Virus record (IMG/VR): IMGVR_UViG_3300024263_000001
Span: 1-64,000 of that record
Origin: a virus
Length of the DNA stretch: 64,000 nucleotides
Strand: one strand, 5' to 3'
The translations under genes were made by a program, and so were the position numbers. The notes beneath the pieces were generated by a model that was given only the letters and a program-made list of their open reading frames with translations, searched no databases and had not been told where the DNA came from. Positions within the stretch are counted from its first letter, which is position 1. Each line of letters starts with the position of its first letter. Shown piece by piece: positions 46,470-56,314 of this stretch.

Positions 46470-46778
46470 ATGAGTAAGATGAGGATTATATACGAAGATG
46501 GTTATGTATTCGACATTTTCGGAAGACCTTGGGTTCTAAAATTCGTAACCGCCGAGGATGAAAAGTTAATTGAATTCCTTCGAGCAAAAGGATTAGAATT
46601 TGCGGGGCTCTGTGTACCCAATAAAGAGGGGGGCACACTATTCATCAGGTTGGATTACGGAAATCCCAAAGAAAGTCTCAGACATGAATTATCTGAAGCA
46701 TTTTTGTCGGAGATAGTAAGGGAATTACATAAACCTCCCAAAGAAGAGAAGAAAAATGGCCAAGAAGGAACGGAATAA
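46470..46778 (+). CDS. Hypothetical protein with zincin-like 'LRHE' segment
   Basis: 'GLC.......I.....ESLRHELSEA'. Confidence 0.5.
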   Translation: MSKMRIIYEDGYVFDIFGRPWVLKFVTAEDEKLIEFLRAKGLEFAGLCVPNKEGGTLFIRLDYGNPKESLRHELSEAFLSEIVRELHKPPKEEKKNGQEGTE

Positions 46779-46873
46779 GAAACCGAAGAAGAAAAAGAGA
46801 AAAATAAAAACGGCTATCATCGTAACTGGTCCATTTTGCACGATTTTAGAAGTTCCTGTAAGTAAAGGTAAAA

Positions 46874-47395
46874 ATGGGTAAAAAGAGATATACTCAGGAA
46901 CAAAAAGAAGCGGCCATTGCACAACTGACATTGGGGAAGAGCCCCACTAAGATTGCCAGGGACCTAAAGATCCCCTATGGGACTGTTGCCTACTGGAAAG
47001 CCAACCTGAGAAAAATCAAAGAACAGGATGGAACGTTGGGATACCACTTCGAGAAACAAAAGAACTTTGTCGATAAAGCATGGAAAAACATTGATCTGGC
47101 ACTCAAGAAAATTAAAGCGGGGCTGGAAATCGTTGAACTTAAAACTCCCAAAGATATAAGAGATTTAGTAGTAGTTCTAGGAATCTTCAAAGATAAAATA
47201 GACAAAGCAACTCCGCCCCAATTACCAGCAGGCGAAAAAGTCCCGCTTATTGATCTCAGCAAGGTTTCAAGTGCTAGACTCAAGATAATCATTGCTGAGA
47301 TAGAACAGATGGGGGAGATTGCGCCCCCACAATTAGAAGATGGGGATGTAATAGAAGGTGAATCTAGGGATATTACTGAACAGGAGGCAAAATGA
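46874..47395 (+). CDS. terS: Terminase small subunit (putative)
   Basis: N-terminal HTH, helical middle, 'DLSK.S...L' tail; upstream of TerL. Confidence 0.65.
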   Translation: MGKKRYTQEQKEAAIAQLTLGKSPTKIARDLKIPYGTVAYWKANLRKIKEQDGTLGYHFEKQKNFVDKAWKNIDLALKKIKAGLEIVELKTPKDIRDLVVVLGIFKDKIDKATPPQLPAGEKVPLIDLSKVSSARLKIIIAEIEQMGEIAPPQLEDGDVIEGESRDITEQEAK

Positions 47396-47670
47396 GTAAG
47401 AGAGAATTATTAGGAAAAATATTTGGATGGTGTAAGGAATATTCCTACAAACCACATTGCTCAATTGATGCCCTCGCCGAGCAAGCGATAGTGATAGAGT
47501 GCGACATCAAGCAGTATGGTAAACCATATCCTGTAGAGACTGAACTTCTATTCCCCACCGCTACGAATGAAGATGGTGGAGTTCTTTACTTTGACGGTCA
47601 TCACGGCACCCCAGGCAAAGCCTTGGCCATTATAGTGCCATTGGAGGAGGAAGATGAAAGCAGTTCTTGA
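47392..47670 (+). CDS. Hypothetical protein
   Basis: AGGAGG RBS; coupled. Confidence 0.55.
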   Translation: MSKRELLGKIFGWCKEYSYKPHCSIDALAEQAIVIECDIKQYGKPYPVETELLFPTATNEDGGVLYFDGHHGTPGKALAIIVPLEEEDESSS

Positions 47671-47836
47671 GCCCAATGAGATCCTAATCCGAGTAATGCC
47701 CAGCAAGGAGATACCATCAGGACATTACTACACGCTCCAAACCAAAGGTCTCTTCAGAGTTTACGATGATCTACCAGAGATGTTCGATGAGATTGAGCGG
47801 CTTCTTAGAGTCTGCGCCAAAGAAGTAAACACTTAG
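47654..47836 (+). CDS. Hypothetical protein
   Basis: GGAGGAGG RBS. Confidence 0.5.
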   Translation: MKAVLEPNEILIRVMPSKEIPSGHYYTLQTKGLFRVYDDLPEMFDEIERLLRVCAKEVNT

Positions 47837-47870
47837 AAAGAGGAGAGAATTCTGCAATTGTACATTTTTG

Positions 47871-47980
47871 ATAATCCTGTAATATATATATTATATAATA
47901 GAGTAATATATTATTATGATTATAAATTATAATTATAGTTATAAAAGATACCTACTAAGAATATGTACTCATATTCTTAG
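47871..47980. other. Very AT-rich non-coding tract with 11-bp inverted repeat
   Basis: About 80 nt almost all A/T, then CTAAGAATATG / CATATTCTTAG (47955-47980). Confidence 0.7.
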
Positions 47981-48057
47981 AGAGTTTTTAACATAAATTA
48001 TGGTCAACTCTTGGCTAAGAGTATAAATAAAAATTTAGTTTCCTTGGGAGTAAGAAA

Positions 48058-48195
48058 ATGAATTATCGAGAACACAAATCGAGACTAATGAAAGATCCTA
48101 AATTTCATAGAGCTTGGAAATCCCTACGTTGGTGGTATCTCTGGCAGAAATTTTTGATTCGGTTGAGAATGATTATAGGGAGGAGAGGTGAGTGA
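48058..48195 (+). CDS. 45-aa ORF resembling the N-terminus of an XRE/HigA antitoxin (not in ORF track)
   Basis: GGGAG RBS; MNYREHKSRLMKDPKFHRAWKSL...IRLR; no HTH follows. Confidence 0.45.
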   Translation: MNYREHKSRLMKDPKFHRAWKSLRWWYLWQKFLIRLRMIIGRRGE

Positions 48196-48517
48196 GGAGT
48201 TCTTTGAGAGATTGGATAAAGTAGCAGCAGAGAAAATTGCCGACTCTACTTGCTTATATGATGTCCTGAAATACCCAGGTGCTCGCTATAGTGATGAAAT
48301 ACTCTTTGATTTGGCAAAAAGAGTTAAGAATGCCACCATTGAGGCATTGAGAGAGATGATGGTGGGCGAGCCGATAATAGATAAGCTGGAAGTTCGTAGA
48401 GGATATACTGGCCTAGACTATGGGAGTACCGGATGGCTTTGTGAGTTGTGGCGATACGATGATGATCTTGCTACCGATGGCGAAGAGGTAGTGGTTTTAG
48501 TAGTACGTTTGTCTTGA
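48188..48517 (+). CDS. Hypothetical protein
   Basis: GGAGG RBS. Confidence 0.55.
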   Translation: MSEEFFERLDKVAAEKIADSTCLYDVLKYPGARYSDEILFDLAKRVKNATIEALREMMVGEPIIDKLEVRRGYTGLDYGSTGWLCELWRYDDDLATDGEEVVVLVVRLS

Positions 48518-48542
48518 TTTTTTAGAGGTTTCGTGTTACAAT
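48514..48542 (+). promoter_or_regulatory. Promoter for TerL/head genes
   Basis: TTGATT-17-TACAAT with TG extension; CGTTTGTCTTGATTTTT identical to 43974-43990. Confidence 0.6.
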
Positions 48543-48558
48543 CAAGTGTTAGGGAATA

Positions 48559-50103
48559 ATGTCTGATTTTTTTAATCTAAATATAGATAAAGACGGCCTT
48601 ATTCTTCAAGATTTGGCGAAGGAAGCCCAACTGGAATTGGCCAGGAGGGATCCTAACACCTTTGCCGAACTTTGCTTCCAAGATAAAGATGGTCTTCCTT
48701 GGGTACAAGCAGATTTTCATAGAGAATGGCATCATTTTCTCCCCCCACCAGATGGCAATCAACACCTACTTTTGGTAGAAGCCCCCAGAGAACACGCAAA
48801 GACAACTCAGATAGCCGTAGCCAGAACAATTTGGGAACTTGGGCAAAATCATAATCTCAGAATCAAAATTGTTACTGGTGAAGATGAACTTGGTAAAGAT
48901 ATTCTAAACGAGATCACACAGAACCTTGAACAGAACGGGAAAATTCACGAAGTTTTCCCCGATCTGAAACCAGATAAATCAGTAGGATGGACTAAGCACA
49001 AAATCTATGTTCAGAGACCAATAATTCAGAAAGATGCTTCGGTTCATGTTGCGTCGATTCTCTCCTCTGGTGTTGGTGGGCGGGCGGATTTATTGATTTT
49101 TGATGATGTGGTCAATCAGAGAAATGCTGTCTACCAACCAGCCCTCCGCCAAGTTGTAAAATCTACATTTAGAGAAGTTTGGATGAATCTGCTTACCGAT
49201 GATGGTCGGGCGATTTATATTTTTACCCCTTGGCATACAGATGATTTAAGTCATGAGTTGAAGAGAGACTCTGCATGGACATTGTGGAGTAAACCTGCTA
49301 TAATAGACGGGGAATCCCTTTGGCCTGTTAAGTGGACGCTTTTCAAACTCGAACAGAGAAGATTAGGTATTGGGGATCGGGCATTTCAGCGTCAGTTTAT
49401 GTTGATTGCTCTGAGTGCAGAGGAAACCACATTTAGCAAGAAGGTAGTGGATAAGTCGATTCATCAGGATAAGACGTTGGGAGAGATTTATCCAAGAAAG
49501 TGGCCCCGCTATGGAGGAATAGATTTAGCATCTAGTTTGGGGAAGAAAGCCAGCTACACTGTCATTTTTACGGTGGCGGTGGATCCTGATGATGGGAAAC
49601 GATATCCAGAGGAGATAATCAGGCGCAAGGTTAAATTTCCAGAGTTAGTGAAATTGATCGAAGATCGAGGGGATGTCCACCAGTGGGATTTGGTGTTTGT
49701 GGAGAATAATAGTTTTCAGGAGGCCCTCGTAACACATTTGGAAGACAAGAAACTTGGTTTGGCTATTGAGGGTTATCATACTGGAACTCAGAAGTGGGAT
49801 GAATTGTTGGGGCTCCCTGGTCTTGCTGCTGTAATGGATAATGGGGGATGGGTTATTCCTAAAGGCTGTTTAGGGTGTGGTCAAAGTCCATGCATGTGTC
49901 ATCGAGGAGGGTGTGATTGTGTAGTTTGTGCGTGGGAGCGGGAGTTGAGATATCACCCCGTTGCTGAAACCGCTGATATAGTCATGGCGCAATGGCTTTG
50001 CGATCAGGCAGTCAAGAAAAATATGCGAAGGGAACCACGAGAATTTTTGGACTTGGGTGGAATTTGGAGTGAGTACGACAAACAGCGAGCAGAAGCAAAA
50101 TAG
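48559..50103 (+). CDS. terL: Terminase large subunit
   Basis: APREHAKTT Walker A, GGRADLLIFDD, TPWH.DDL, GIDLA nuclease domain, VENN.FQ, DIVMA. Confidence 0.92.
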   Translation: MSDFFNLNIDKDGLILQDLAKEAQLELARRDPNTFAELCFQDKDGLPWVQADFHREWHHFLPPPDGNQHLLLVEAPREHAKTTQIAVARTIWELGQNHNLRIKIVTGEDELGKDILNEITQNLEQNGKIHEVFPDLKPDKSVGWTKHKIYVQRPIIQKDASVHVASILSSGVGGRADLLIFDDVVNQRNAVYQPALRQVVKSTFREVWMNLLTDDGRAIYIFTPWHTDDLSHELKRDSAWTLWSKPAIIDGESLWPVKWTLFKLEQRRLGIGDRAFQRQFMLIALSAEETTFSKKVVDKSIHQDKTLGEIYPRKWPRYGGIDLASSLGKKASYTVIFTVAVDPDDGKRYPEEIIRRKVKFPELVKLIEDRGDVHQWDLVFVENNSFQEALVTHLEDKKLGLAIEGYHTGTQKWDELLGLPGLAAVMDNGGWVIPKGCLGCGQSPCMCHRGGCDCVVCAWERELRYHPVAETADIVMAQWLCDQAVKKNMRREPREFLDLGGIWSEYDKQRAEAK

Positions 50104-50130
50104 TCAGAACATTGGAAAGGAGATTGGGGA

Positions 50131-50802
50131 GTGGGTTTTACGGGCAGGAAACATTCAGCAGAAGCCAAACGGAAGATAAGTGAAGCTCAACGGGGTGAAA
50201 AGAATCACATGTGGGGAAAGCGTCATTCACCAGAAACTAAGCGAAAAATGAGTGAAGCTCAGAAAGGGAAAACATTGTCCTTAGATCATCGACGGAAATT
50301 AAGTGAGGTTAATCAGGGTAAGAGACACTCGCTAGAGGCTCTCCAGAAGATGCGTGAGGTCAAGGGGGGCAAAAATCATCCAATGTGGGGGAAGAGGCGA
50401 CCACTAGAGGTGAGAAGGAAAATAGGTGAAGCTAATCGGGGCGAGAAATCTGGGCGGTGGACGGGAGGACGTAAACGGGATGGTGGTTATATCCGTATCA
50501 AAAAACGTGATCATCCCAATGCTGATTGTAATGGTTATGTTGCAGAACATCGCTTAGTTATGGAGGAACATCTAGGTCGTTACTTGGAATCTTGGGAGAT
50601 TATTCATCATATAAATGGCATTAAGGATGATAATCGAGTTGAGAATTTAGAATTATTACCTTCCCCAGCCGATCATCTTGTACGTTTGAGAATACAGGAT
50701 TTGGAGAGAAGGGTATTGGAGTGGGAGCGAGCTTTTTATCGAAGTGTTGGTTATTGGCTTGGTGAAAGGCGGGAGAGAATAGAGTTAGAGAGGAGAGCAT
50801 GA
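50131..50802 (+). CDS. HNH homing endonuclease with NUMOD3 repeats
   Basis: NUMOD3 repeats plus 'AEHRLVM...[15 protein letters not shown]'. Confidence 0.9.
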   Translation: MGFTGRKHSAEAKRKISEAQRGEKNHMWGKRHSPETKRKMSEAQKGKTLSLDHRRKLSEVNQGKRHSLEALQKMREVKGGKNHPMWGKRRPLEVRRKIGEANRGEKSGRWTGGRKRDGGYIRIKKRDHPNADCNGYVAEHRLVMEEHLGRYLESWEIIHHINGIKDDNRVENLELLPSPADHLVRLRIQDLERRVLEWERAFYRSVGYWLGERRERIELERRA

Positions 50803-53174
50803 TAGAAAACGAGCAGGGTGGTTCGCCTGAAGTGGTAGTCAGTACCAAGGAGAGGTTGATTACCAAGACTACCCCCCGCCCCCGACAAATGGAATTACCG
50901 TTTCTTATGAGAAGGATCCCGTTCTACGTGGGCCATTACGACTATTTTAAGGCCACCCCCTGGCGCAATTTGGCTCGCTCGCAACCCATCGTTCAGAACT
51001 GTATCGTCGCGCTGACCTCCCAGGCCATTGCACTCAACTGGTATATTACTTCCCGCGAGAAAGGAAAAGAAGACGATTATGCTCCAGATATTCAGTATCA
51101 TACAGACGTTCTAAATTCTTTCAATGATGAGGAGTATGATGTTGGGATTGCAAGAATGCTCTATGACGTTTTCACGATTCCTTTCGGCGGGGCTCTTGAG
51201 ATTGTTAGATATCCCGATGGTCGGCTTTACAAAGTTCTAAATATAGATGCTGGAACTCTTCGTCCCACGAAAGCCTACGGTCCTGATTATCCCTATATTC
51301 AGTCGTTACCCTGGAATCCTCTTAATACTGTTGTCTTTCGCCGAGACGAGATTGGTCGAATTTATCTCTATCCCCGCCCCGAAATTGACAAAGAGGGGTG
51401 GGGGATGGCCCCGACGGAGAAGGCATATCTAGCAATTGAGGCACTAAATCTCGGTGATAGATATTATGTTGGGCTCTTGACAGATACGCCAGAGGCAGGG
51501 CTTTTGGATCTCATGGATATGAAGAAGGATGAAGCCATTGCATGGGCACGGAGCTGGCGTGAGTTATTGACGGGGCAGGAATCAATAAAGGTTCCCATTC
51601 TTTATGATCATGAAGAGCCAGCAAGGTGGTTGCCATTTAGCCCTTCCCCCGCCGATATGATGTATGACCAGGTTCTCAAACGATATACCCAGATTATAAC
51701 GGCCTGCTTTGGGATTTATATTTCTGATATTGGGCTCTATGAGGAACGCCAGACCCTTGCTGGGACTATTCGTACCGAGAGGCGGGCACGAAGACAAGGG
51801 CTGGGCGCGGTGATGGCTAAGATTAAGAATCTTTGGGATAGGATTCTGCCCCCGCACCTTGAGTGGAAATGTGAGGAGGTTGATCCTGAAGATATTAGGT
51901 CTCGTGCCGCCGCTAAGGTTGCGACTGCGAATGCAATTAGTATTGGTATAAGGAGCGCGCTTTTTACTCAAGAAGAAGGCCGCCGTCAGATGATGCAGGA
52001 TGGGATTTTCACTATCAAGACAGAAGAAAAACTACCTACGGAGTTGGAAGGTGCATCTCCGATACCAGCATTTACTCGCCCTCAAACCCCCTGGGGGAGT
52101 GAGCGTCCAGGTGTTGCCCCATCGGTTGGGGGTCGTGGTGGACCAGGTTCCCTAAGACTTCAAAGTTTGGCCGCCCAAGGATTCCAGAAGATGCTGGAAC
52201 ATGCATTAAAATTTTCACCTCCCAAAGAGATTATCAGACGGATGGTAGAGGAAGCACTAAAAGTTCTTTATCCTGTTGTTTTGAGGGCAGATATTGACAA
52301 GATTGAAAAAGCAGAGTATTATGAACGATGGCTCAACGAATTAGTACTGCTCTATTTAGGTGAAGAAAGTATACTTGCAGAAATCATAGAGAAGCAAGAG
52401 ACAGACGAAAACAAAGAAAAAATCAAAACCATTATCGAGGAAGAACTAAACAAAAACAATTGGTGGGAAATCGACCTAAGCGATCTCCTAATTTTGGCGG
52501 CGCTCGCTGCCGCTTTCACTGAGACAGCAACGGAAACAGTAACCGAAATTCAGAGAGCATTATTTGAAGATGGAATTCTGGAAACACCAGAATTAGAACT
52601 TGGCTGGGAATTTGTGCTAACAGAAACTTTAACATTAGCCCAATTACGAGACTACGCTGGACAGATGATCCAAAACGTAAACGAAGGAACCAAATTCTTT
52701 ATCCGAAGGGCATTATATAGAGGTGTGAAGGAAGGGTTAAGTCAGGCCCGCATCAGGGACATGATTGCAGCGGGGGAAAACATAGATACTATCCTAGCAG
52801 ATGATCCAATCTTAGAATCCATAACCAAAACAACGATAGAAGAACTTAGCCAGATGACGGGGCCTAGAATAGACAGGATATTGGAGTTTGAGCTAAACCG
52901 AGCAAGGACGCTGGCCAAAATCGAAGTCATGAAACGTGCTGGGTTAACAACGAAGGGATGGGTGCATACTGGCCCTGAGAAAGAGGGCGATCCCTGTGAG
53001 ATTTGTGTGGAGAACATTGCCTTGGGGTATGTACCATTGGATTATAGATATAAGAGCGTTTTTGGGGAATGTCTCGGCCCACTTGCCCATCCCCAGGGTC
53101 ATTGCACGTTAAAAATCAATCGCCGAGAACTCTCGAAATTCACAGAACGGTTGCAATATTGGAAAGGGGACTAA
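50799..53174 (+). CDS. Portal protein fused to a MuF/gp7-like head morphogenesis domain
   Basis: Portal features (G.AP.E, IT.CFGI...IG, T.EEGR); C-terminal 'K.W.......C.IC.EN...P.AHP...C'. Confidence 0.85.
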   Translation: MIENEQGGSPEVVVSTKERLITKTTPRPRQMELPFLMRRIPFYVGHYDYFKATPWRNLARSQPIVQNCIVALTSQAIALNWYITSREKGKEDDYAPDIQYHTDVLNSFNDEEYDVGIARMLYDVFTIPFGGALEIVRYPDGRLYKVLNIDAGTLRPTKAYGPDYPYIQSLPWNPLNTVVFRRDEIGRIYLYPRPEIDKEGWGMAPTEKAYLAIEALNLGDRYYVGLLTDTPEAGLLDLMDMKKDEAIAWARSWRELLTGQESIKVPILYDHEEPARWLPFSPSPADMMYDQVLKRYTQIITACFGIYISDIGLYEERQTLAGTIRTERRARRQGLGAVMAKIKNLWDRILPPHLEWKCEEVDPEDIRSRAAAKVATANAISIGIRSALFTQEEGRRQMMQDGIFTIKTEEKLPTELEGASPIPAFTRPQTPWGSERPGVAPSVGGRGGPGSLRLQSLAAQGFQKMLEHALKFSPPKEIIRRMVEEALKVLYPVVLRADIDKIEKAEYYERWLNELVLLYLGEESILAEIIEKQETDENKEKIKTIIEEELNKNNWWEIDLSDLLILAALAAAFTETATETVTEIQRALFEDGILETPELELGWEFVLTETLTLAQLRDYAGQMIQNVNEGTKFFIRRALYRGVKEGLSQARIRDMIAAGENIDTILADDPILESITKTTIEELSQMTGPRIDRILEFELNRARTLAKIEVMKRAGLTTKGWVHTGPEKEGDPCEICVENIALGYVPLDYRYKSVFGECLGPLAHPQGHCTLKINRRELSKFTERLQYWKGD

Positions 53175-53183
53175 GAAGAAGAT

Positions 53184-53756
53184 ATGAAACAATACCGAGA
53201 TTCTAATTGGTTAAGGCAAAAGTATTGGGATGAAGGGTTGACACTTGCCGAAATAGGGAATTTGATGGGTGTTTGTCGTAATACTATATTCAAATGGATG
53301 AAAAGATTTAATATTCCGAGACGAGGTTCGGCTAGTCGTTTTCAAGGAGGGGAGCGATCTCTAGAGACACGGAGGAAAATGAGTGAGGCTTTTAAGGGGA
53401 AGAATCATCGCCTTTGGAAGGGAGGTCGTTTTAAAGACACAGATGGCTATATTCTTATTCATAATCCGAAACATCCTTGTGCGCGCGGTGATGGTTATAT
53501 ATTAGAACATCGTTTGGTTATGATGGAAGAATTGGGTCGTTATTTGGAGTCTTATGAAATTGTGCATCATAGAAATGGGATTAAAGATGATAATCGGGTT
53601 GAGAATTTGGAACTTTTCCCTCATGCAAATCAACATAATATATTAACTGTAATAACAAATGAGCATATTAAGCGATTGGAAAGTGAATTGAATGTTCAAA
53701 GCCAAAAAACAAAAAACTGGATGGAAGCATATTTTCGTGTGTTAGTTGGTGTATAA
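53184..53756 (+). CDS. HNH homing endonuclease with HTH and NUMOD3
   Basis: 'WLRQKYW' HTH plus HNH core. Confidence 0.9.
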   Translation: MKQYRDSNWLRQKYWDEGLTLAEIGNLMGVCRNTIFKWMKRFNIPRRGSASRFQGGERSLETRRKMSEAFKGKNHRLWKGGRFKDTDGYILIHNPKHPCARGDGYILEHRLVMMEELGRYLESYEIVHHRNGIKDDNRVENLELFPHANQHNILTVITNEHIKRLESELNVQSQKTKNWMEAYFRVLVGV

Positions 53757-53776
53757 AGGTAATTAGGAGGATTTGA

Positions 53777-54184
53777 ATGGTGAGTGAAGCAGAAAAGGCG
53801 GCAGTCGAGGTTGAACCTCTTTTGGAGGAAGCTAAACAACCACGAAAAGGCCGCCCTAGGAAAGAAATCACCGATGACGAAGCATTTCGTAAGGTTCATC
53901 TGAAGGGACAGCGGGCGATGGTCCGTGCCCTGAAAGGCATACGGGCAATGCTTGGTGAAAGCGGTGGTGGTCGGGCCAAGTATGTCGAAATCGGGCGGTA
54001 TTTTATGCCGATGGAAGGTATGCCTGGGTCCGATGCTATAGAGGCGGAAGTGAACCGACTCATAGCGAGGTATCCCGCAGAAGGGTGGTATCCCCTTTAT
54101 ATTACCTCTCAACCTGGAACTTTAGATGCACAGGGAGGGCAAGTAAAGGGCGATCACTTCACTATTCTGTGGGGTCATGATTGA
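53777..54184 (+). CDS. Hypothetical protein with AT-hook-like KGRPRK
   Basis: AGGAGG RBS; motif seen directly. Confidence 0.6.
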   Translation: MVSEAEKAAVEVEPLLEEAKQPRKGRPRKEITDDEAFRKVHLKGQRAMVRALKGIRAMLGESGGGRAKYVEIGRYFMPMEGMPGSDAIEAEVNRLIARYPAEGWYPLYITSQPGTLDAQGGQVKGDHFTILWGHD

Positions 54185-54515
54185 GTATTTAGTCTATCTC
54201 GCTATTGGTAAACTTCTAATATTTATGATCCAGACGGCGGGGATTCTGGAGCCCGTCTGGTCTCTTCTTCGTACTCTCGAAATACGATGTCGGAGGCTAT
54301 TTGCGTTCTGGCCCGCCGAGCATGATTTGGTTGATGAATTTCGGGAGTGCGGTTTTTGTATTGGTTGTTGGGTCTTCCCAATTTTGGCATTTTGTGGTAA
54401 AATAGATATACTTGATTTTATAAGTGGACCAATCGGATTAGTTTTAACTGGATTTTTTTCCAGTTTTGTGGTACACTTAATGTCTGGGGGATGGAAGTAT
54501 TATTTTGGTGAGTAA
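54177..54515 (+). CDS. DUF1360-like membrane protein
   Basis: Hydrophobic helices and 'CGFCIGCW'. Confidence 0.6.
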   Translation: MIEYLVYLAIGKLLIFMIQTAGILEPVWSLLRTLEIRCRRLFAFWPAEHDLVDEFRECGFCIGCWVFPILAFCGKIDILDFISGPIGLVLTGFFSSFVVHLMSGGWKYYFGE

Positions 54516-54517
54516 AT

Positions 54518-56296
54518 ATGCCATATACGAAGGATAAGCCGCCCGCTAGAATTAAGAAGTTGCCTGCCCATGCTAGAGCGATTTGGATCTCTGCTTATAA
54601 TTCGGCAATCAAGCAATATAAAGGCGATGAAAAGAAAGCAAATGCAACTGCTTGGGCCGCCGTTTCCAGAGATTATAAAAAAGTGGGAGATAAGTGGGTT
54701 AAGAAAATGGATGAAATGAAATATTTCTCTATGGCGTTTTCCAAGATTTCAAAGCGCCAAGGGATTATGCATTTTGAATTGACCAGTAGTGATACTGATT
54801 GGGATACAGAGGAAGAGCGTCTTACACTTGAAATATTTGATGATTTTCGGCGACAAGAAGAGGAGAAGAAAGCAAAATTAGAGGAGGAGTATATTCCTCC
54901 GTATCTTTCTATGTCTCATTATCGGATGCCAATCGGCGATGTTAATGAGATATGGACGCAGGGCGAGAGATTTAAGAACAGAGGTATTTTCTACGATGAT
55001 AAATTTGGCAGAGCATTGTTCAAGGCTATATTGGAAGAACGGACTAGCGGAGAAGAGGTTGAGAAGCCTATCAAGGTTAGTATAGGTTTCTGGCCCCGTG
55101 AAGCCAGGGAAGAGAATGGTAGAATTGCTTATACTAAAGGTGAATTCGATCATGTGGCTGCAACCAGAGTTCCCATCAATGTAAGAGCCACGTTTGACGA
55201 GGTGATAGAAAAAAGTATGCTTACAAAGAAAGATGATGCAACATCCATAATTGGCGAGGAATTGGCCATTGAATTGGATGATGACGAGAGAAGTCGCATG
55301 GAAAAAGGCGATTTGAAGGATGGCATGGTTATCAAGGCCGAAGATGAGGACATCTTGAAATCACTCTTAGAGGATGAGGATAGTAAGGTTGATTGTGACC
55401 GTTTGTGGGCTGCCATTCAAGCTATTGGTAAGGGAGAGGCTGGGAAGCCCGTGAATGTACCTTCAGATGTACTCTCTAAGGCTAAGAGACTTTATGCAAA
55501 ACGCTGTAAGGGGAAAGGTAAGGGCCTGGTTTCTATTGGTGAGAGCCCTGTTGTGGTGGATAGACCTTACGGCGGGGCCACGAGCATCGCCGATGCGGTG
55601 GCCTACATGGAAAGTCGAGAAGTTGTATGGGATATAAGAGACGATTTACATATTTTCAGTGAGGTTGCAGAGAATATTCTCAAATCTCCTGAAGTTGAAG
55701 ATAAGAAATCAGCAATGGCGAAAGCCATTAAGGAGTTAGAAGGGAAGTTAGAGGAAGATCTTATGAGTAAAGACAAAGAAAAAGCCAGTGTGTTAGATCT
55801 CTTGGAAGAGGGCATTAAGGACCCCGACGCCACCGAGGAGAAAGGTGATCAAGTCGTCGAGCCCGCGCCCGAAAAGGAGAGTTCTCTCGATGCACTGTTT
55901 GGGGTCTTAAAGACTGTCGTTCGCAATGAGGACCTGGATCGTGCAGGTAAAGTTGCTGGCGCATTTCAGTGCTTGAAGGCCATTAGCGCGGCTTGTGATC
56001 GGATTATCGAGGAAAGTACACCTCGCACCCCAGCAGATGTTATTGCTGAAATTAGTGAGGCTGCGAGCAAGGCTGCTTTCGATAAAATGATCGAAGCCAT
56101 CAAGCCTTTGGCTGAAAAGATAACTATTCTAGAGGCCACTATGAGGGCTCCTTCTGGAGATCCTCAGAGGAAAGGTCTCACAGTTATTGAGAAAGCACAG
56201 GTGCAAGGGCGCGAACCTGTGAAGAAGGGGACCATCGCGTATTATGCGGCACTCGCAAGTGGCCTAGACCCCGAAACAGGAGAGGCCATATTTTAA
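54518..56296 (+). CDS. ChaB domain + prohead protease-like domain + scaffold
   Basis: ChaB 'LPAHARAIW..AYNSA...A...AWAAV...Y.K.G.KW'; 'SH', 'VSIGF', 'HVA.T..P.N'; acidic helical tail; directly before capsid gene. Confidence 0.8.
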   Translation: MPYTKDKPPARIKKLPAHARAIWISAYNSAIKQYKGDEKKANATAWAAVSRDYKKVGDKWVKKMDEMKYFSMAFSKISKRQGIMHFELTSSDTDWDTEEERLTLEIFDDFRRQEEEKKAKLEEEYIPPYLSMSHYRMPIGDVNEIWTQGERFKNRGIFYDDKFGRALFKAILEERTSGEEVEKPIKVSIGFWPREAREENGRIAYTKGEFDHVAATRVPINVRATFDEVIEKSMLTKKDDATSIIGEELAIELDDDERSRMEKGDLKDGMVIKAEDEDILKSLLEDEDSKVDCDRLWAAIQAIGKGEAGKPVNVPSDVLSKAKRLYAKRCKGKGKGLVSIGESPVVVDRPYGGATSIADAVAYMESREVVWDIRDDLHIFSEVAENILKSPEVEDKKSAMAKAIKELEGKLEEDLMSKDKEKASVLDLLEEGIKDPDATEEKGDQVVEPAPEKESSLDALFGVLKTVVRNEDLDRAGKVAGAFQCLKAISAACDRIIEESTPRTPADVIAEISEAASKAAFDKMIEAIKPLAEKITILEATMRAPSGDPQRKGLTVIEKAQVQGREPVKKGTIAYYAALASGLDPETGEAIF

Positions 56297-56314
56297 GTTG
56301 GAGTGAAGTGAACT

